DNA from: Dictyostelium discoideum | Lineage: Eukaryota | Length of the DNA stretch: 64,000 nucleotides | Assembly (NCBI GenBank): GCA_000004695.1 | Contig: CM000154.2 | Span: forward strand, 416,001 to 480,000 | Direction of reading: 5' to 3' | Shown here: positions 51,594 to 63,629 of the stretch, piece by piece | How positions within the stretch are numbered: the stretch's first letter is position 1 | How the letters are laid out: each line of letters starts with the position of its first letter | Program-made: the position numbers and the translations under genes | Notes under the pieces: generated by a model | Database searches by the model: none | Told to the model about the DNA's origin: nothing | Seen by the model: only the letters and a program-made list of their open reading frames with translations

Positions 51594-52956
51594 TTAAACA
51601 TTTGAATCTACATCTAATTCAAAATCTTTATTATTATTTTGTTGACTTTGTTTCTTTTCAATTTCTTTTTTCTCTTCAATTTCTTTTTTCTCTTCAATTT
51701 CTTTTTTTTTTTCTTTTTTTTCTTTTTCTTTTTCTTCAGTATTATTTTCAATTTCACTATTATCATTAATTTTTAATAAATCTAAATTATGACCACGATG
51801 ATTATTTTTACCAACAACACAATTATAGCAAGCTTTTTCTTTACAATCTTCACAAAATAATAATAATTCTTGAGATGGATGATGATAACAAAATTTATTA
51901 TCTTTATCAATATTATCATTATAAATATTTTTTGAATCTTTTTTTGGAGGTGATATTCTAATAACAAGTTTCATTAAATAATAAAATCCAATTTGAATAA
52001 TTCCAGAAACACAACCACTAAAATTTGAAATTGATATAAAATTATCTTTTAAAAAAACACCATATAAACCAAATGCAACACCTGCTAAAATTGATGTTAT
52101 TGATAATGGTAATGATAATGATCCTGTTGTTCTTTGTTTAAACATTGGATACTATTTTTTTTTTTTTTTTTTTATTATTATATAATAATATATATTAATA
52201 AATCAAATAATATATATTAATAAATTAAATAATAAAATAATAAAAAATAATTTGAATAAAAAAATAATAATAATAATATAATTTAAATTAATAATTACAA
52301 AATTTAAAACTGGTGAAAAAAAGAATGCAACTAATAAAATTGAAGTTGCCCAACCAAGAATTTTTTGATGCATATCTTTTGGTGCTTGAAAAACCACAAT
52401 TGCAACAAATGAAACTAAAACTATTAGTTCAATCATTAATGAAACCATAACTTTTCTTTTTACTGCTAAATCTTTACAAGCACTAATAAAAATTAAAATA
52501 AAAGCTAAATCGAATAACATTCCAAATGTATTCACTGGTACAATACCTTCAATATCACATATCATTGAATATACAACCCACATCATTGCTTGACTTTTAA
52601 TTGATTTAAAAATTCCAGTAAGTATTATATTATTATTTTATTTAAATTTTAAAAAAATAAATAAATAAATAAAAAATAAAATAATAATAAAACTTACCCA
52701 ATCATAAAAACAAATGGATAAATATTAAATTGTCCAACATCTCTTGTTTTCTCAATTTTATAAAAATATGGACTTTTATTTTAATTAAATTTTTATATTA
52801 AAATGAAAAAAAAAAAAAGGTGTTAATTATTTATTTTTTGAATACGAAACTCTAAACTTCAAAAAATACCTACACATTTGATAATACTATACACGCTATA
52901 AAAACATTTCCTAAAATTTGTGTGGCTAATATTTCTGGTGAATTTGGACCTGCCAT
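51594..52956 (-). CDS. SWEET (MtN3/saliva) sugar transporter with a C-terminal B-box-type zinc finger and a charged coiled-coil tail. Exons 52874..52956, 52698..52772, 52299..52593, 51594..52151
   Basis: MAGPNSPEILATQILGNVFIACIVLSNV|VPYFYKIEKTRDVGQFNIYPFVFMIG|GQAMMWVVYSMICDIEGIVPVNTFG...|YPMFKQRTTGSLSLPLSITSILAGVAFGLYGVFLKDNFISISNFSGCVSGIIQIGFYYLMK. Compare plant/human SWEET PTFYRI.KKKS.EGFQS.PY and LSPL...KSTQCLSYPLTIATLLTSASWCLYG...MVSNFPGIV. The same last exon then encodes CYHHPSQELLLFCEDCKEKACYNCVVGKNNHRGH (B-box: C-x2-H-x8-C-x2-C-x4-C-x2-C-x6-H-x2-H; compare TRIM5 [32 protein letters not shown]), followed by (EEKKEI)n. Confidence 0.7.
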
Positions 52957-53103
52957 AATTTATTTTTTTTTTTTTTAATACTAAAATATAATTATATCCA
53001 AATTGAAAAAAAAAAAAAAAAAAAAAAAAGATAAAAAAAAAAATCAAAACAAAAATAATACTGCTTTTGCAATTAAAAGAACTAAAGCCAATGTGATTCG
53101 GTG

Positions 53104-53142
<39 letters not shown>

Positions 53143-54225
53143 TGAAAATAAAAATGAAAATAAAAATAAAAAAACCCCCTCGTTTTGGGAGATCAAAAAA
53201 AAAAAAAAAAATCCAGGAAATCTTATTTTAAAAAAATAAATAATTTTAAAAAAAAAAAAGCAAAATTTATTATTTAATTAAATTAACAAAAACAAATAAA
53301 ATTTTATATTTTTAAAAAAAAAAAAAAAAAAAAAAAAAGGAAGAAAAAATAAAAAATAATTAATGAGGTGTCAAAGTGAATTCATAGAAGGCTGGGAAAA
53401 AAAATTAATCCAGATGGGACTTGACCAACCCACCTTAAAAAATATCTTTTTTTTTTTTTTTTTTTTTTAACCAAAATTTAATTAATTTCCATTCATTTTT
53501 TGTAGTTGTTTTTTTATTTTGAAGAACAATGAGTAGATAATAAATGTTATATACAAAAAATAGATTTTTATAAAAAAAAATAAACTTTGTAGTTTTTTTT
53601 TTTTTTTTAAAAAAATATTTAATTTTATTTATTTTTAGTATAGAAACCCAGAGCTCTCAAAAAATAAAAGAGTTCAAAATTGGTTATTTTAAAAAAAAAA
53701 AAAAAAAAAAAAATTTCCAATTTAATCAGATCAATTTTTTTAGTTTTTTTTTTTTTTTAAAAAAATCTATTATATATATGAATATAAAAAAAATCGATTG
53801 TTAATAAAAAAACAGAATGATTGCATTCATTTTTATTTTTTATATCATTTTGTTTATTTCAGAGTAATCTTTTTTTTAGTTTTTTTTTTTTAGGTTTTTT
53901 TTTTTTTTTTTTTTTTTTTTTATTTTTAAATTATTATAGTTGTTTCATTTTCTAAATATTCTAAAATATCTTTTCTAACAATATTTTAGTATTCATGTTC
54001 GTGGCCATCACTATCACTATGATTATCATCACCAAAATTATTTTCATTAAAGTCCTCATCACTATCACAACAACTTCTATTAAATAATCAAATCAACAAT
54101 TTGCTGTATCAATATAAATATTAGATTTAAATAAAATTAAATTTATATTTGCATTACTCTATCTAATTGAATTTGGTTCCGTTGATAATTTGAATTTTAA
54201 TAATGACAACCGATTCAAAAAATTA

Positions 54226-54256
<31 letters not shown>

Positions 54257-54870
54257 AAAAAAAATTATATTTTTAAATTTTATAATAGTTAATTTCATTA
54301 TAATAAAACCGATAATCACAAATATAATTAAAATCCAAATCAATAATAACAAATATAATTAAAATTTAAATAAAACCAAAATCTGAACAGCCAGGCTTTT
54401 TTTTCTTTTTTATGTATTTTCAGAAAATAATTATCGTTGACTTTTTCATCAACTATTTTTCCGATGCCAAAAAAAAAATTATTTCAAATAAATCACCACT
54501 ACCAGGCTTCTTGAACGATGGATTTATTTTTTTTTTTTTTTTCTTTTTTTTTTTTTATTTGCATTCTTTTTTTTCCGAGCTAGTTCTTTTGGAAAAAAGA
54601 TTTATTTTAATAAAAGTGAAGCAAAACAAATTATTTTCCAAACTGTTGTGATTTTATACAAAAACGCATGTTGAATTCGAAAAAAAAAAAAAAAAAAAAT
54701 TAAAAAAATGGTATAACCAAACCTATAAAATTTAAAATTTTCACATCTCGTCTTTTAACACACAAAATCTTTTTAACCAGATTTTTTTTCTTTTTCTTTT
54801 TTTTTTTTCTTTTTTTTCTTTTTTATTTTTTTATTTTTTATTTACGAACGGCACAACTTAGTGAAAATAA

Positions 54871-54906
<36 letters not shown>

Positions 54907-54939
54907 ATAATAAAATTTTATTTATTTAATAAAATAAAA

Positions 54940-57288
54940 ATGGATTTATTATTTTTTAAAGTTTATCAAAACCAATATTTAAGGGTAAAAATATTTGGTG
55001 AAATAAAGAAAGAAAATGTTTTATTAAACTATCAAACTTATAATTATTATGAGATTACATTAGATGTTATTATCAATAATAAAAATCAAAACTTATTACA
55101 AGAGAAAGTAAAGGATCATATTAAACATCTCGATGATAATAGTAGAGAACCATTGGAGAAATATTTTTTTCATGTCGATATTAAAAAATTAATACAATGG
55201 AAGGATTTAGATTTTGAAATCTTTAAATTAATCTTATCAATGAAATCAGTTCATTCACATTTATCCAATCAAAATTTAAAAGATTTAATGGATTATTATC
55301 AATTAATAGTTATTAAAAATGGTAAAAACATGGAAATGTTGAATTTATTTTTAAATGATTTTATTATTCCAACATTAGATAAAGAAACATTTTCACAAAA
55401 CAAAAGAAGAAAATTGGAAAATAATCAACAACAACAACATCAATCTTATCTACAAAGTGAACATCCATTTTTGGGTGATTATTCAAATTTTTGGTCTCGA
55501 GTGTTGGAATCAAGTGAATATGGATATGCTGAGAATTTCACAAAAATGTCAATGGATATGTTTACATATTTATTTGTAAATGAAGGGAATAGAACTGCAG
55601 GAGATCGTCACGATTCAAGAGAATTTTATTTAAAGATAGCCTCTCATTCCTTAGACAATTACATTGGTGTTGAAATGTCAGATGAAGCTTTATATATGGC
55701 AACGGCATTCTTTTGTTTTGCACTGTATACACCACACGATCTCTCTACTTTAATAAATAAATCAATTGAATTAAACAATTTAAAAATGGTTAAATATTTA
55801 ATTTCAATGTTCTCAGTTAAAATAAGTTCTGGTCAAATCCATAGATACCCTGAACAACTTTTATTTATATTTGGTTATTATATTCCAATTGGAATAATCA
55901 AACAGTTTACCATTGATATCAATAAATTCAACTCTAGTGATATTTTATTTCCACTTTATCAAGTTTTAATTGAATCGGTTTTTGTTGATGAAAAATATTT
56001 CCAGAATTATAATTCCACAATCCGTGTCAGAGGTCCAAGATATTTTCAATATGCTTTGGATTCGATAGAAAGAAATAACGCTCCCCTATCACAAATTAAT
56101 TCAAACATTATTTGCTCATATGAATGTATTGAAAATACCGACTCCATATTATTGTCAAACGAATTAATGCAGAGGGATTATTATAAATCAAGAGTACTAA
56201 ATGAAAATCCAAATATCTTCTGTAGGTATTTAGAAAAGTTTAGTTTCGACCCTCGAAGATTATTTATAATCATTAGTCTTGGTTATGAAACAATGGTATC
56301 TACTGTGTTCAATAAAACCCTTGTCATGTCACCATCTGCTGATGTTCAACTTTCTCGAGAATATCGTATCTTTTTCTCGGAAGTATTTAGAGAATCCATG
56401 TCAATTGACAACGATGACAATTGGAAGCAATACCTCTTTGAGTTATCTTTGCCAGCTACCAATAATATATTCTCCGCAAAAAACCTCTCCTCTTCAATAT
56501 TATGTCGAATAATGGGTCCAATAACCAATCCACCAAAAGATAGAACTAAAAGAGCTTTGTTTTTATTCCATCTATCAAGGATTAAAAATTTCAATGAAAC
56601 AAGAAATTTAGGACTTGAGGTTTCCCTTTCATCAGACAATACATTCTCTAAAAACTCCATCGGTTTTTTAGCAGATGATCGAGAATTTAAAGATGATTTT
56701 TGTTCTTGCCTCTATTTAGTTTCCCAACACTTTTTTAATTATCATTTAAATTCTGAAAAGGAAATCCATAAAGCTCAGAGAATCCCAGAAAGAGATAGAT
56801 CCAAATCAATTGCAGAAACTGAAAGAGCAGACCCTTCACCGCCTAATATGATTCGTGTTAAAAAGCTACTTGGTTTCCTTACACATTTATTCGAATATCG
56901 ACCTTCACTAGACGAAACAGTCCATTCATCCAATGATGGTGATGGTGATGGTGATGGTGATGGTGATGGTGATGGTGATGGTGATGGTGATGGTGATGGT
57001 GATGGTGATGGTGATGGTGATGGTGATGGTGATGGTGATGGTGATGGTGATGGTGATGGTGATGGTGATGGTGATGGTGATGGTAATGTTGATGGTGATG
57101 TTGATGGTGATGATGGTGATGGTGATTGTTATGATGATGATTATGATGATGGTGATGGTGATGGTGATGGCTATGATGATTATGATGATGAAGATTCTAC
57201 CGATCTTTTGTTTGTTGGTGACGACCAAAATGCAAATATTCTAAATGAAACCTCAAATCAAGAATTGGCCAAATATCCAATGGGTTAA
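54940..57288 (+). CDS. lineage-specific hypothetical protein (782 aa) with a C-terminal (Gly-Asp)n repeat of about 50 units, single exon
   Basis: MDLLFFKVYQNQYLRVKIFGEI... shares its N-terminal motif with the 20285 gene. 56935..57230 is (GATGGT)n encoding DGDGDG... Confidence 0.7.
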   Translation: MDLLFFKVYQNQYLRVKIFGEIKKENVLLNYQTYNYYEITLDVIINNKNQNLLQEKVKDHIKHLDDNSREPLEKYFFHVDIKKLIQWKDLDFEIFKLILSMKSVHSHLSNQNLKDLMDYYQLIVIKNGKNMEMLNLFLNDFIIPTLDKETFSQNKRRKLENNQQQQHQSYLQSEHPFLGDYSNFWSRVLESSEYGYAENFTKMSMDMFTYLFVNEGNRTAGDRHDSREFYLKIASHSLDNYIGVEMSDEALYMATAFFCFALYTPHDLSTLINKSIELNNLKMVKYLISMFSVKISSGQIHRYPEQLLFIFGYYIPIGIIKQFTIDINKFNSSDILFPLYQVLIESVFVDEKYFQNYNSTIRVRGPRYFQYALDSIERNNAPLSQINSNIICSYECIENTDSILLSNELMQRDYYKSRVLNENPNIFCRYLEKFSFDPRRLFIIISLGYETMVSTVFNKTLVMSPSADVQLSREYRIFFSEVFRESMSIDNDDNWKQYLFELSLPATNNIFSAKNLSSSILCRIMGPITNPPKDRTKRALFLFHLSRIKNFNETRNLGLEVSLSSDNTFSKNSIGFLADDREFKDDFCSCLYLVSQHFFNYHLNSEKEIHKAQRIPERDRSKSIAETERADPSPPNMIRVKKLLGFLTHLFEYRPSLDETVHSSNDGDGDGDGDGDGDGDGDGDGDGDGDGDGDGDGDGDGDGDGDGDGDGDGDGNVDGDVDGDDGDGDCYDDDYDDGDGDGDGYDDYDDEDSTDLLFVGDDQNANILNETSNQELAKYPMG

Positions 57289-57576
57289 AAAAATTACTTT
57301 TTATTAAATTGGGGGCGACTATAATTTGTTTTGGACAGATAATAAAGGTCCTCATATTACAATTGATTTTAAAACTGATGGTGAAAAATTAATCCATTAA
57401 AAGTTTACGATTATACAATTTAAATTGCTTTAATATTTACATAAATAATAAATAAATAAAAATTTTAAAAATATATATAATTTGATTTTTATTTTTTTTT
57501 ATTTTCAGTCTTTTTCTTTTTATTTTTTTTTTATTTATTTTTTTTTTTTATTTATTTGTTTTTTATAATTATTAAT

Positions 57577-60500
57577 TTATCTTATTAGTTTACCAATATA
57601 AGACATTTTGAAAACTTTAAAATCAAAGTTTGAATTCATTTTAACGATACCAGTATTTTCATCAGTAAGAATGAAAAGATTACCACTTTGACCACATAAT
57701 TTACCTTTAACAATGACGACACGATCTTTTTTAGCTGGTGGAACCAAATTGAGTTGAGATTGTGAAACATTATCAATTACTTCTTTGGTGTCTAACATTT
57801 CAACTCTAACGGTTGAATCAGAGAGATTATCTAAAACTACGGCATGTTTACCAGAATCCTTAAAGACTACTTCAATCTTTGTACCAGACCAATATTGTGG
57901 TTCAACTTCTTCGTCATGATCTTCACTTGAGTTTGGAGTTGCGGGTGTTTGTGGATTATGTGGTGTGTATGGTGATGAAGGAATTTCATGTGGTGTATAA
58001 TTTGACATATAGGATGGTGTTGGATTTGGATCATTACCATAACCCATTGAAGGAGTGGAACGATCATATGGTGTATAGTTTGGATCACTTCTATTGGAAC
58101 CATCCAATGGGGTATTTGGTGTGTAAGGTGAGTACAAACTATAATTTGTACCTGGTGTAGTACCACTGCTATAATCGTTTCCATTATGGCTACCACTATC
58201 TCTACCACCACCACTACTACTATTATTATTACTACTACTACCGCTACCACTACCACTACTACTACTTGATGAAAAGTAATCCGATGATTCACGCATACTC
58301 CAAGGATCTGAATGACTTGAACGAGCAGGTGTATTCATACGCATTGGAGTTTGAGAAGGATCTTCACGCATTGGTGTTCTACTGGCATTGTAAAGTTGAT
58401 CCCAATCATTGGTTTGTTGTTGTTGCATTTGTTGACGTTCATTTGGTAAGGCGATATCGGTTTTTAAAACATTAATTTTTTTTGAATTGGTTTGAAGTTC
58501 AACTTGAACCATGGTATCTGTACATTCTTTAACAATACCAACATATCCTTTCCAAGATCCTTTCTTAATGGTAACCACTTTATGAAGTGGTGAATCTTCT
58601 CTACCACGACCACCTCTACCTCTACCTGAATTATTATAACCACCTCTACCTCCACCTCTACCACCTTGTGAAGAGTGCTGTTGTTGTTGCTGCTGCTGCT
58701 GTTGTTGTTGTTGTTGTTGTATATTAGATTGTTTATTTTTATTACCACCCAAAAGTGAACAATATTGAGTTCTTACTACAAATACACCACCATTCTCAAA
58801 TATATCTTTACTTTTTATGAATAAAAAGTTTCTAGATATGTGAAGAATTGTACCCTGTTTACCTTTGTAAGCTCCATCCACCACTTCAATTAAATCACCA
58901 GAGGTGATTGTGTTATGATGTGCATCCAATGTTGTGAATGATTTATTTCTTCTCTTATTTCCAACCTCTTGTAATTTAACTGTGCTAACATTTGAACTCT
59001 CATCCAAAACCTTGAATGAATCTCTTTCCACTTTTATAATAACACCCACTTTATGTGGTCCAATTTGAACTAAATCATGTAATTCATAATTACCCAACTC
59101 TAAACGACCAGTTGCTACTTCTGTACACTCTTGTAAATCTTGAGGTTTAACTTTAATCTCTGACATTGTCAAATCTGATAATAAAACGACCTGTAAATCA
59201 TCTACTCTTAACACCATACCTGTTTCACCTTCATATCTACCTCCAATTGCTTTAACATGATCACCAACTTTAAAATATTTTTGTAGTTCATATGGTTTGA
59301 ATGCAAATAAATCCTAAAAAAAAAAATATTAAAAAAAAAAATATTAAAAAAAAAAAATTAAGAGTTAATATAAAATCCATATAAAATTTTAAATAAATAA
59401 TAAATCATTTTTACCTTAATTTGTTCATCAATTGGTAAAATTAAAACTCTATCTTCTTCAACAGACTCTACAATTGCCATTAAATTTTTAAGATCACCTT
59501 GAATAACTTTTACAGTATCACCTTTTGCAAAATGAGTTGATTTTGTTTGAAGACGTGGTAAAATTGGAACAGAGGAAATTTCTGCTGAAATATTTTCAAT
59601 TGGTTGACCTTCTTCATCCATTTGAACTTCACCTCTATCTTGAAACTTTTGTAACTCCTCTAATGATGGTACAACACCATCGATATTCACTGATGCTACT
59701 CTAAAAACTTTATGAAGGAAACCATCTTTATATTTGTCACCATTTAGAATATAGAATAAACCACTTAGGGTAGTTGATTGATTGAGTGGTATTTTCATTT
59801 TCTCCACCTCATCGGGATTGAAAAATCTAGCTTGAGGACGAGTTCTTTTTCTCTTTGGTGTTGCAACAGCTTTATCTATTCCATTACTACCGCCAGTTCC
59901 ACTACTACCTCCTCCACCACCACCTCCACCTCCACTATTATTAATATTATTTTTATTATTATTATTAATATTATTATTATTAATATTATTATTATTTGGA
60001 TTATTATTATTATTTGGATTATTATTATTTGGATTATTTTTATTATTGTTATTATTATTATTTTTATTATTATTATTTGGATTATTATTATTATTATTTT
60101 TATTATTATTATTATTCTTATTATTATCATTTGGATTATTATTATTTGGATTATTATTATTTGGATTATTTGGATTATTATTATTTGGACTATTATTATT
60201 TGGATTATTATTATTATTATTTTTATTTTTATTATTATTATTCGCCTTATTTTCTTTTTCTTGTAATGATTGTGCTATAGATGGTAAATCTAAACGTGGA
60301 ATCAATTTAACTGTGACACGTGATTTTGATGGATCATAAGAGATGATTTGACCAATATCGGCCTTATATTTTCCTAATCTAATACGAACCCAACCACCCT
60401 TTTGAAGGTCGACATTCTTTTTGTTGGCAGAAATTACTTCTATGATATCTTTGAGTGGTGTGATGACTGGTGTGAATGAAACCAATGATGTCATACCTTT

Positions 60501-61073
60501 AATGGCCTGTCTAACGTGAACCTCTCTTTCTGCCTCTACATAAACGTAACCCGATAGATGATGTGGTGCCATAACCGATTTAATGAGTACATGATCGTTT
60601 GGATTATTGCTGTTTCTATTGTTTAACATCTTTTGCATCATTGATGCAACGAATAGTTTCTCTTCACCAACACGGCATTTCAAACGCCAATAACTTTGTT
60701 TTGGTAAATCCTCATCATAATCGCCTTCATCATCATCATATCCATAATCTTCATTGTCTGCATACTTTTGTACCTTTTGAAGTATATTACTTAATCCATT
60801 ATCTCTTTCCCTTAATGAACTATAGGCTTCTCTATCTTTTTTCATTTGTTCACTACTAAGTTGTTCGAAACCATCTTCGGCTTCACCTTCATCCTCTTCA
60901 TAATCATCCTCTGCATCATCTGCTTCTGCTTCTTCTTCAAAAAAATCATTCTTTGATTTCTTGGAACTTCTCCTTGATGACTCTTCATCTTCTTCACTAT
61001 CATCATATTCTTCTTCTTCATCATCAAAATTTTCTTCTTCTTCATCATAATTTTCATCATCTGAATGTGCCAT
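57577..61073 (-). CDS. spt5: transcription elongation factor SPT5 (DSIF large subunit). Exons 59415..61073 and 57577..59313
   Basis: Acidic N-terminus; NGN domain YWRLKCRVGEEKLFVASMMQKM...; KOW motifs KGDTVKVIQGDLKNLMAIVESVE, FKVGDHVKAIGGRYEGETGMVLRV, ITSGDLIEVVDGAYKGKQGTILHI, TIKKGSWKGYVGIVKE. The C-terminal region is full of S/T/P/Y repeats (YSPYTPNTP). Intron GTAAAA...TTTTTTTTAG, phase 0. Confidence 0.85.
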
Positions 61074-61128
61074 TTTTTATTATTTTATAATAAAATTTTT
61101 ATTATTATTATTTTTATTTTTATTATTA

Positions 61129-61176
<48 letters not shown>

Positions 61177-61271
61177 TTTTTTATTACTATTTATTATTAT
61201 TATTATTATACTATTATTTTATTATTATCTCCTTGTATATTATAGGATTTAAAATTTCTATTTTAAATCCT

Positions 61272-61320
<49 letters not shown>

Positions 61321-61711
61321 TGGGTAAATATAAATTTATTATTAAAACTTTTTTTTTTTTTTTTTTTTTTTTCTCTCCTTTCTAATTCTTCTTATAACTA
61401 TATATTTGTATACACGCTTTGTTGCTTGATTTTTAGCAAAATGAAATGAGTTTGGTAAATAATTTCAAAAATATAAAAAAATTAAAAAAAAAAAAATTAA
61501 AAATAAAAAAAAAATTAAAAAAAATTTCAAAAAAAAAAAAAAAATTTTTTTTTTTTTTTTATATTATCAAATTCATTTATGGCATGGCAGAGATATTTGA
61601 TACAGCGCTAAAAATAAAAATAAAAAAAAATAAAATAAAAAAAATAAAAAAAAAAATAAAAAAAAATTAAGCCAAAAAAAAAAAAAATAATAAAAAAATT
61701 ATAGATATATA

Positions 61712-61746
<35 letters not shown>

Positions 61747-61862
61747 AACGTATAAAAATAAAAAAAAAAAAAAAAAATAAAAAAAAATTAAAAATATAAA
61801 AAAATAATAATAATAAAAAACTAATAAACCAATTTTATTTATTTTACATTTCTTTTTATTTA

Positions 61863-61901
<39 letters not shown>

Positions 61902-61934
61902 ATATTAAATTTAAGAAATAAATTTAAACCTTTT

Positions 61935-62456
61935 TCAACCACATGTTGTTGGTGGGGTTTTATTATTATTTTTAAATAAAGTTTGATAAGATTCAATAGT
62001 TTTCTTGAATTCAACTTCATTATTTTGACATTGATAAATTTTTGCAATATCCAAAATGAGATCAGCTAAATGAATGAAATCATTACCATGTATTTGTTTC
62101 CAGATTGCCAAGGATGCATTATATAATTGAATGGATTTATCATAATCAGTGGTGGTAATATAAAAATAACCCAATCCCAACAATGCAGCTGCTAATTCTT
62201 CTTGGTTTTTATTTTTCTCTGCTGCCTCTAAAGCCTTTGTTAATTTTTCACCTGCAACTTTTTGATTTTTTCCAATTGATTGCATACCAGTAATCATTAA
62301 TAGTGTTGCTGTGCTTGGAATTGGTGTATTCTCTCTTGAACCTTCATCAATTTTAGATAATTTCTCTAATAATCTAACAGGTGATAATATACTTGGTTTA
62401 TTATATTGTGGTGTTGAGGTTGGTGTTGGTGTTGGTGTATTATTTGTTGTTGACAT
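61935..62456 (-). CDS. small TPR-like hypothetical protein (173 aa)
   Basis: MSTTNNTPTPTPTSTPQYNKPSIL... LAAALLGLGYFYITTTDYDKSIQLYNASLAIWKQIHGNDFIHLADLILDIAKIYQCQNN has the TPR-repeat pattern (W/LG-Y, A-F, A-P). Confidence 0.5.
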   Translation of the reverse strand: MSTTNNTPTPTPTSTPQYNKPSILSPVRLLEKLSKIDEGSRENTPIPSTATLLMITGMQSIGKNQKVAGEKLTKALEAAEKNKNQEELAAALLGLGYFYITTTDYDKSIQLYNASLAIWKQIHGNDFIHLADLILDIAKIYQCQNNEVEFKKTIESYQTLFKNNNKTPPTTCG

Positions 62457-62572
62457 TTTATTAAATTTATTTTCCTATTATTTTTTATATATTGAATAAT
62501 TTATTTTTATTAAATATTATATTTATTGTGTGTGAGAAATTTAATTTTTTTTTTTTTTTTTTTTAATGAAAA

Positions 62573-62606
<34 letters not shown>

Positions 62607-63485
62607 AATTAAAAAAAAAAAACAACCCAATTTTTTTTTTTTTTTTTTCTATTTTAAGGTTATGAAATTAATAGCATATCATTGATTAATATTCTAAGTA
62701 AAAAATAAAAATAAAATAATAATGATAATTAAAAATTAAAATAAAACCAATATAGTTAATTTAAAAAAATGTTTATAAAAATAAAAATAAAAAAAAATAA
62801 TATAAAAAAAAAAAAAAAAAAAATATTAATAATATAGATAAAAATAAATAAAAATATAAATAAAAATATAAATAAAAATATAAATAAAAATAAAAATAAA
62901 AATAAAAAGAAAAAAATATAAAATTTAAATAATTAAACAAATTATTTTTTATAAAAACGAAATAAATAACGAGACCAAAAACATTGTTTTTTACTTTTTT
63001 TTTTTTTTTTTTAATTTTTTTTTAATTTTTTTTTTTTGCTTTTTTTAAAATTTTTTTTTTTTTTTTTTTTTGTTATCGGCAAAAACAAATGTATGTGTAC
63101 ACTTTTTTATTATTTATATATTTTTTTTTTTTTTTTTTTTTTTTGTCTGTCTATATTGTTTTTATTAAAATGATTAACTTCAATATTTGCCCTGAGAATC
63201 GTCATGCGGAAATACTTATACCATTAAATGATTTTTAAAAACATTTTGACAACAAATAATATATAACTACTTTTTTTTTTTTAAAAAAAATTTCAATTGT
63301 TCTAACAAAATTTTATTTTTTTTTTTAAAAAAAAAACCAAATATATTTTAGGATTCCTTTTTGATAACTTGATTGACTGTTTATTTGATAATTTTCAAAA
63401 AAAATCTATTTCAAAGCTCCCCAAAATCTGGATGACTCAATTCTTAAAAATAAATAAAAAATATTTTGATTTTTTTGGAATTTTA

Positions 63486-63535
<50 letters not shown>

Positions 63536-63629
63536 TTTTTTTTTTTTATATTTAATTTTTTTTTTTTATTTTTTAATTTTTATTTTCACAATATTTCACA
63601 AAGATATATTTAAATTTTATTAAATAAAT

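Noticed and set aside
53990-54100. Small acidic minus-strand ORF (SCCDSDEDFNENNFGDDNHSDSDGHEHEY*)
   Set aside because: No start, no upstream exon found, low complexity; probably not a gene.
56935-57230. CRISPR-like regular repeat
   Set aside because: Hexamer units with no spacers, inside a eukaryotic ORF: a coding minisatellite.
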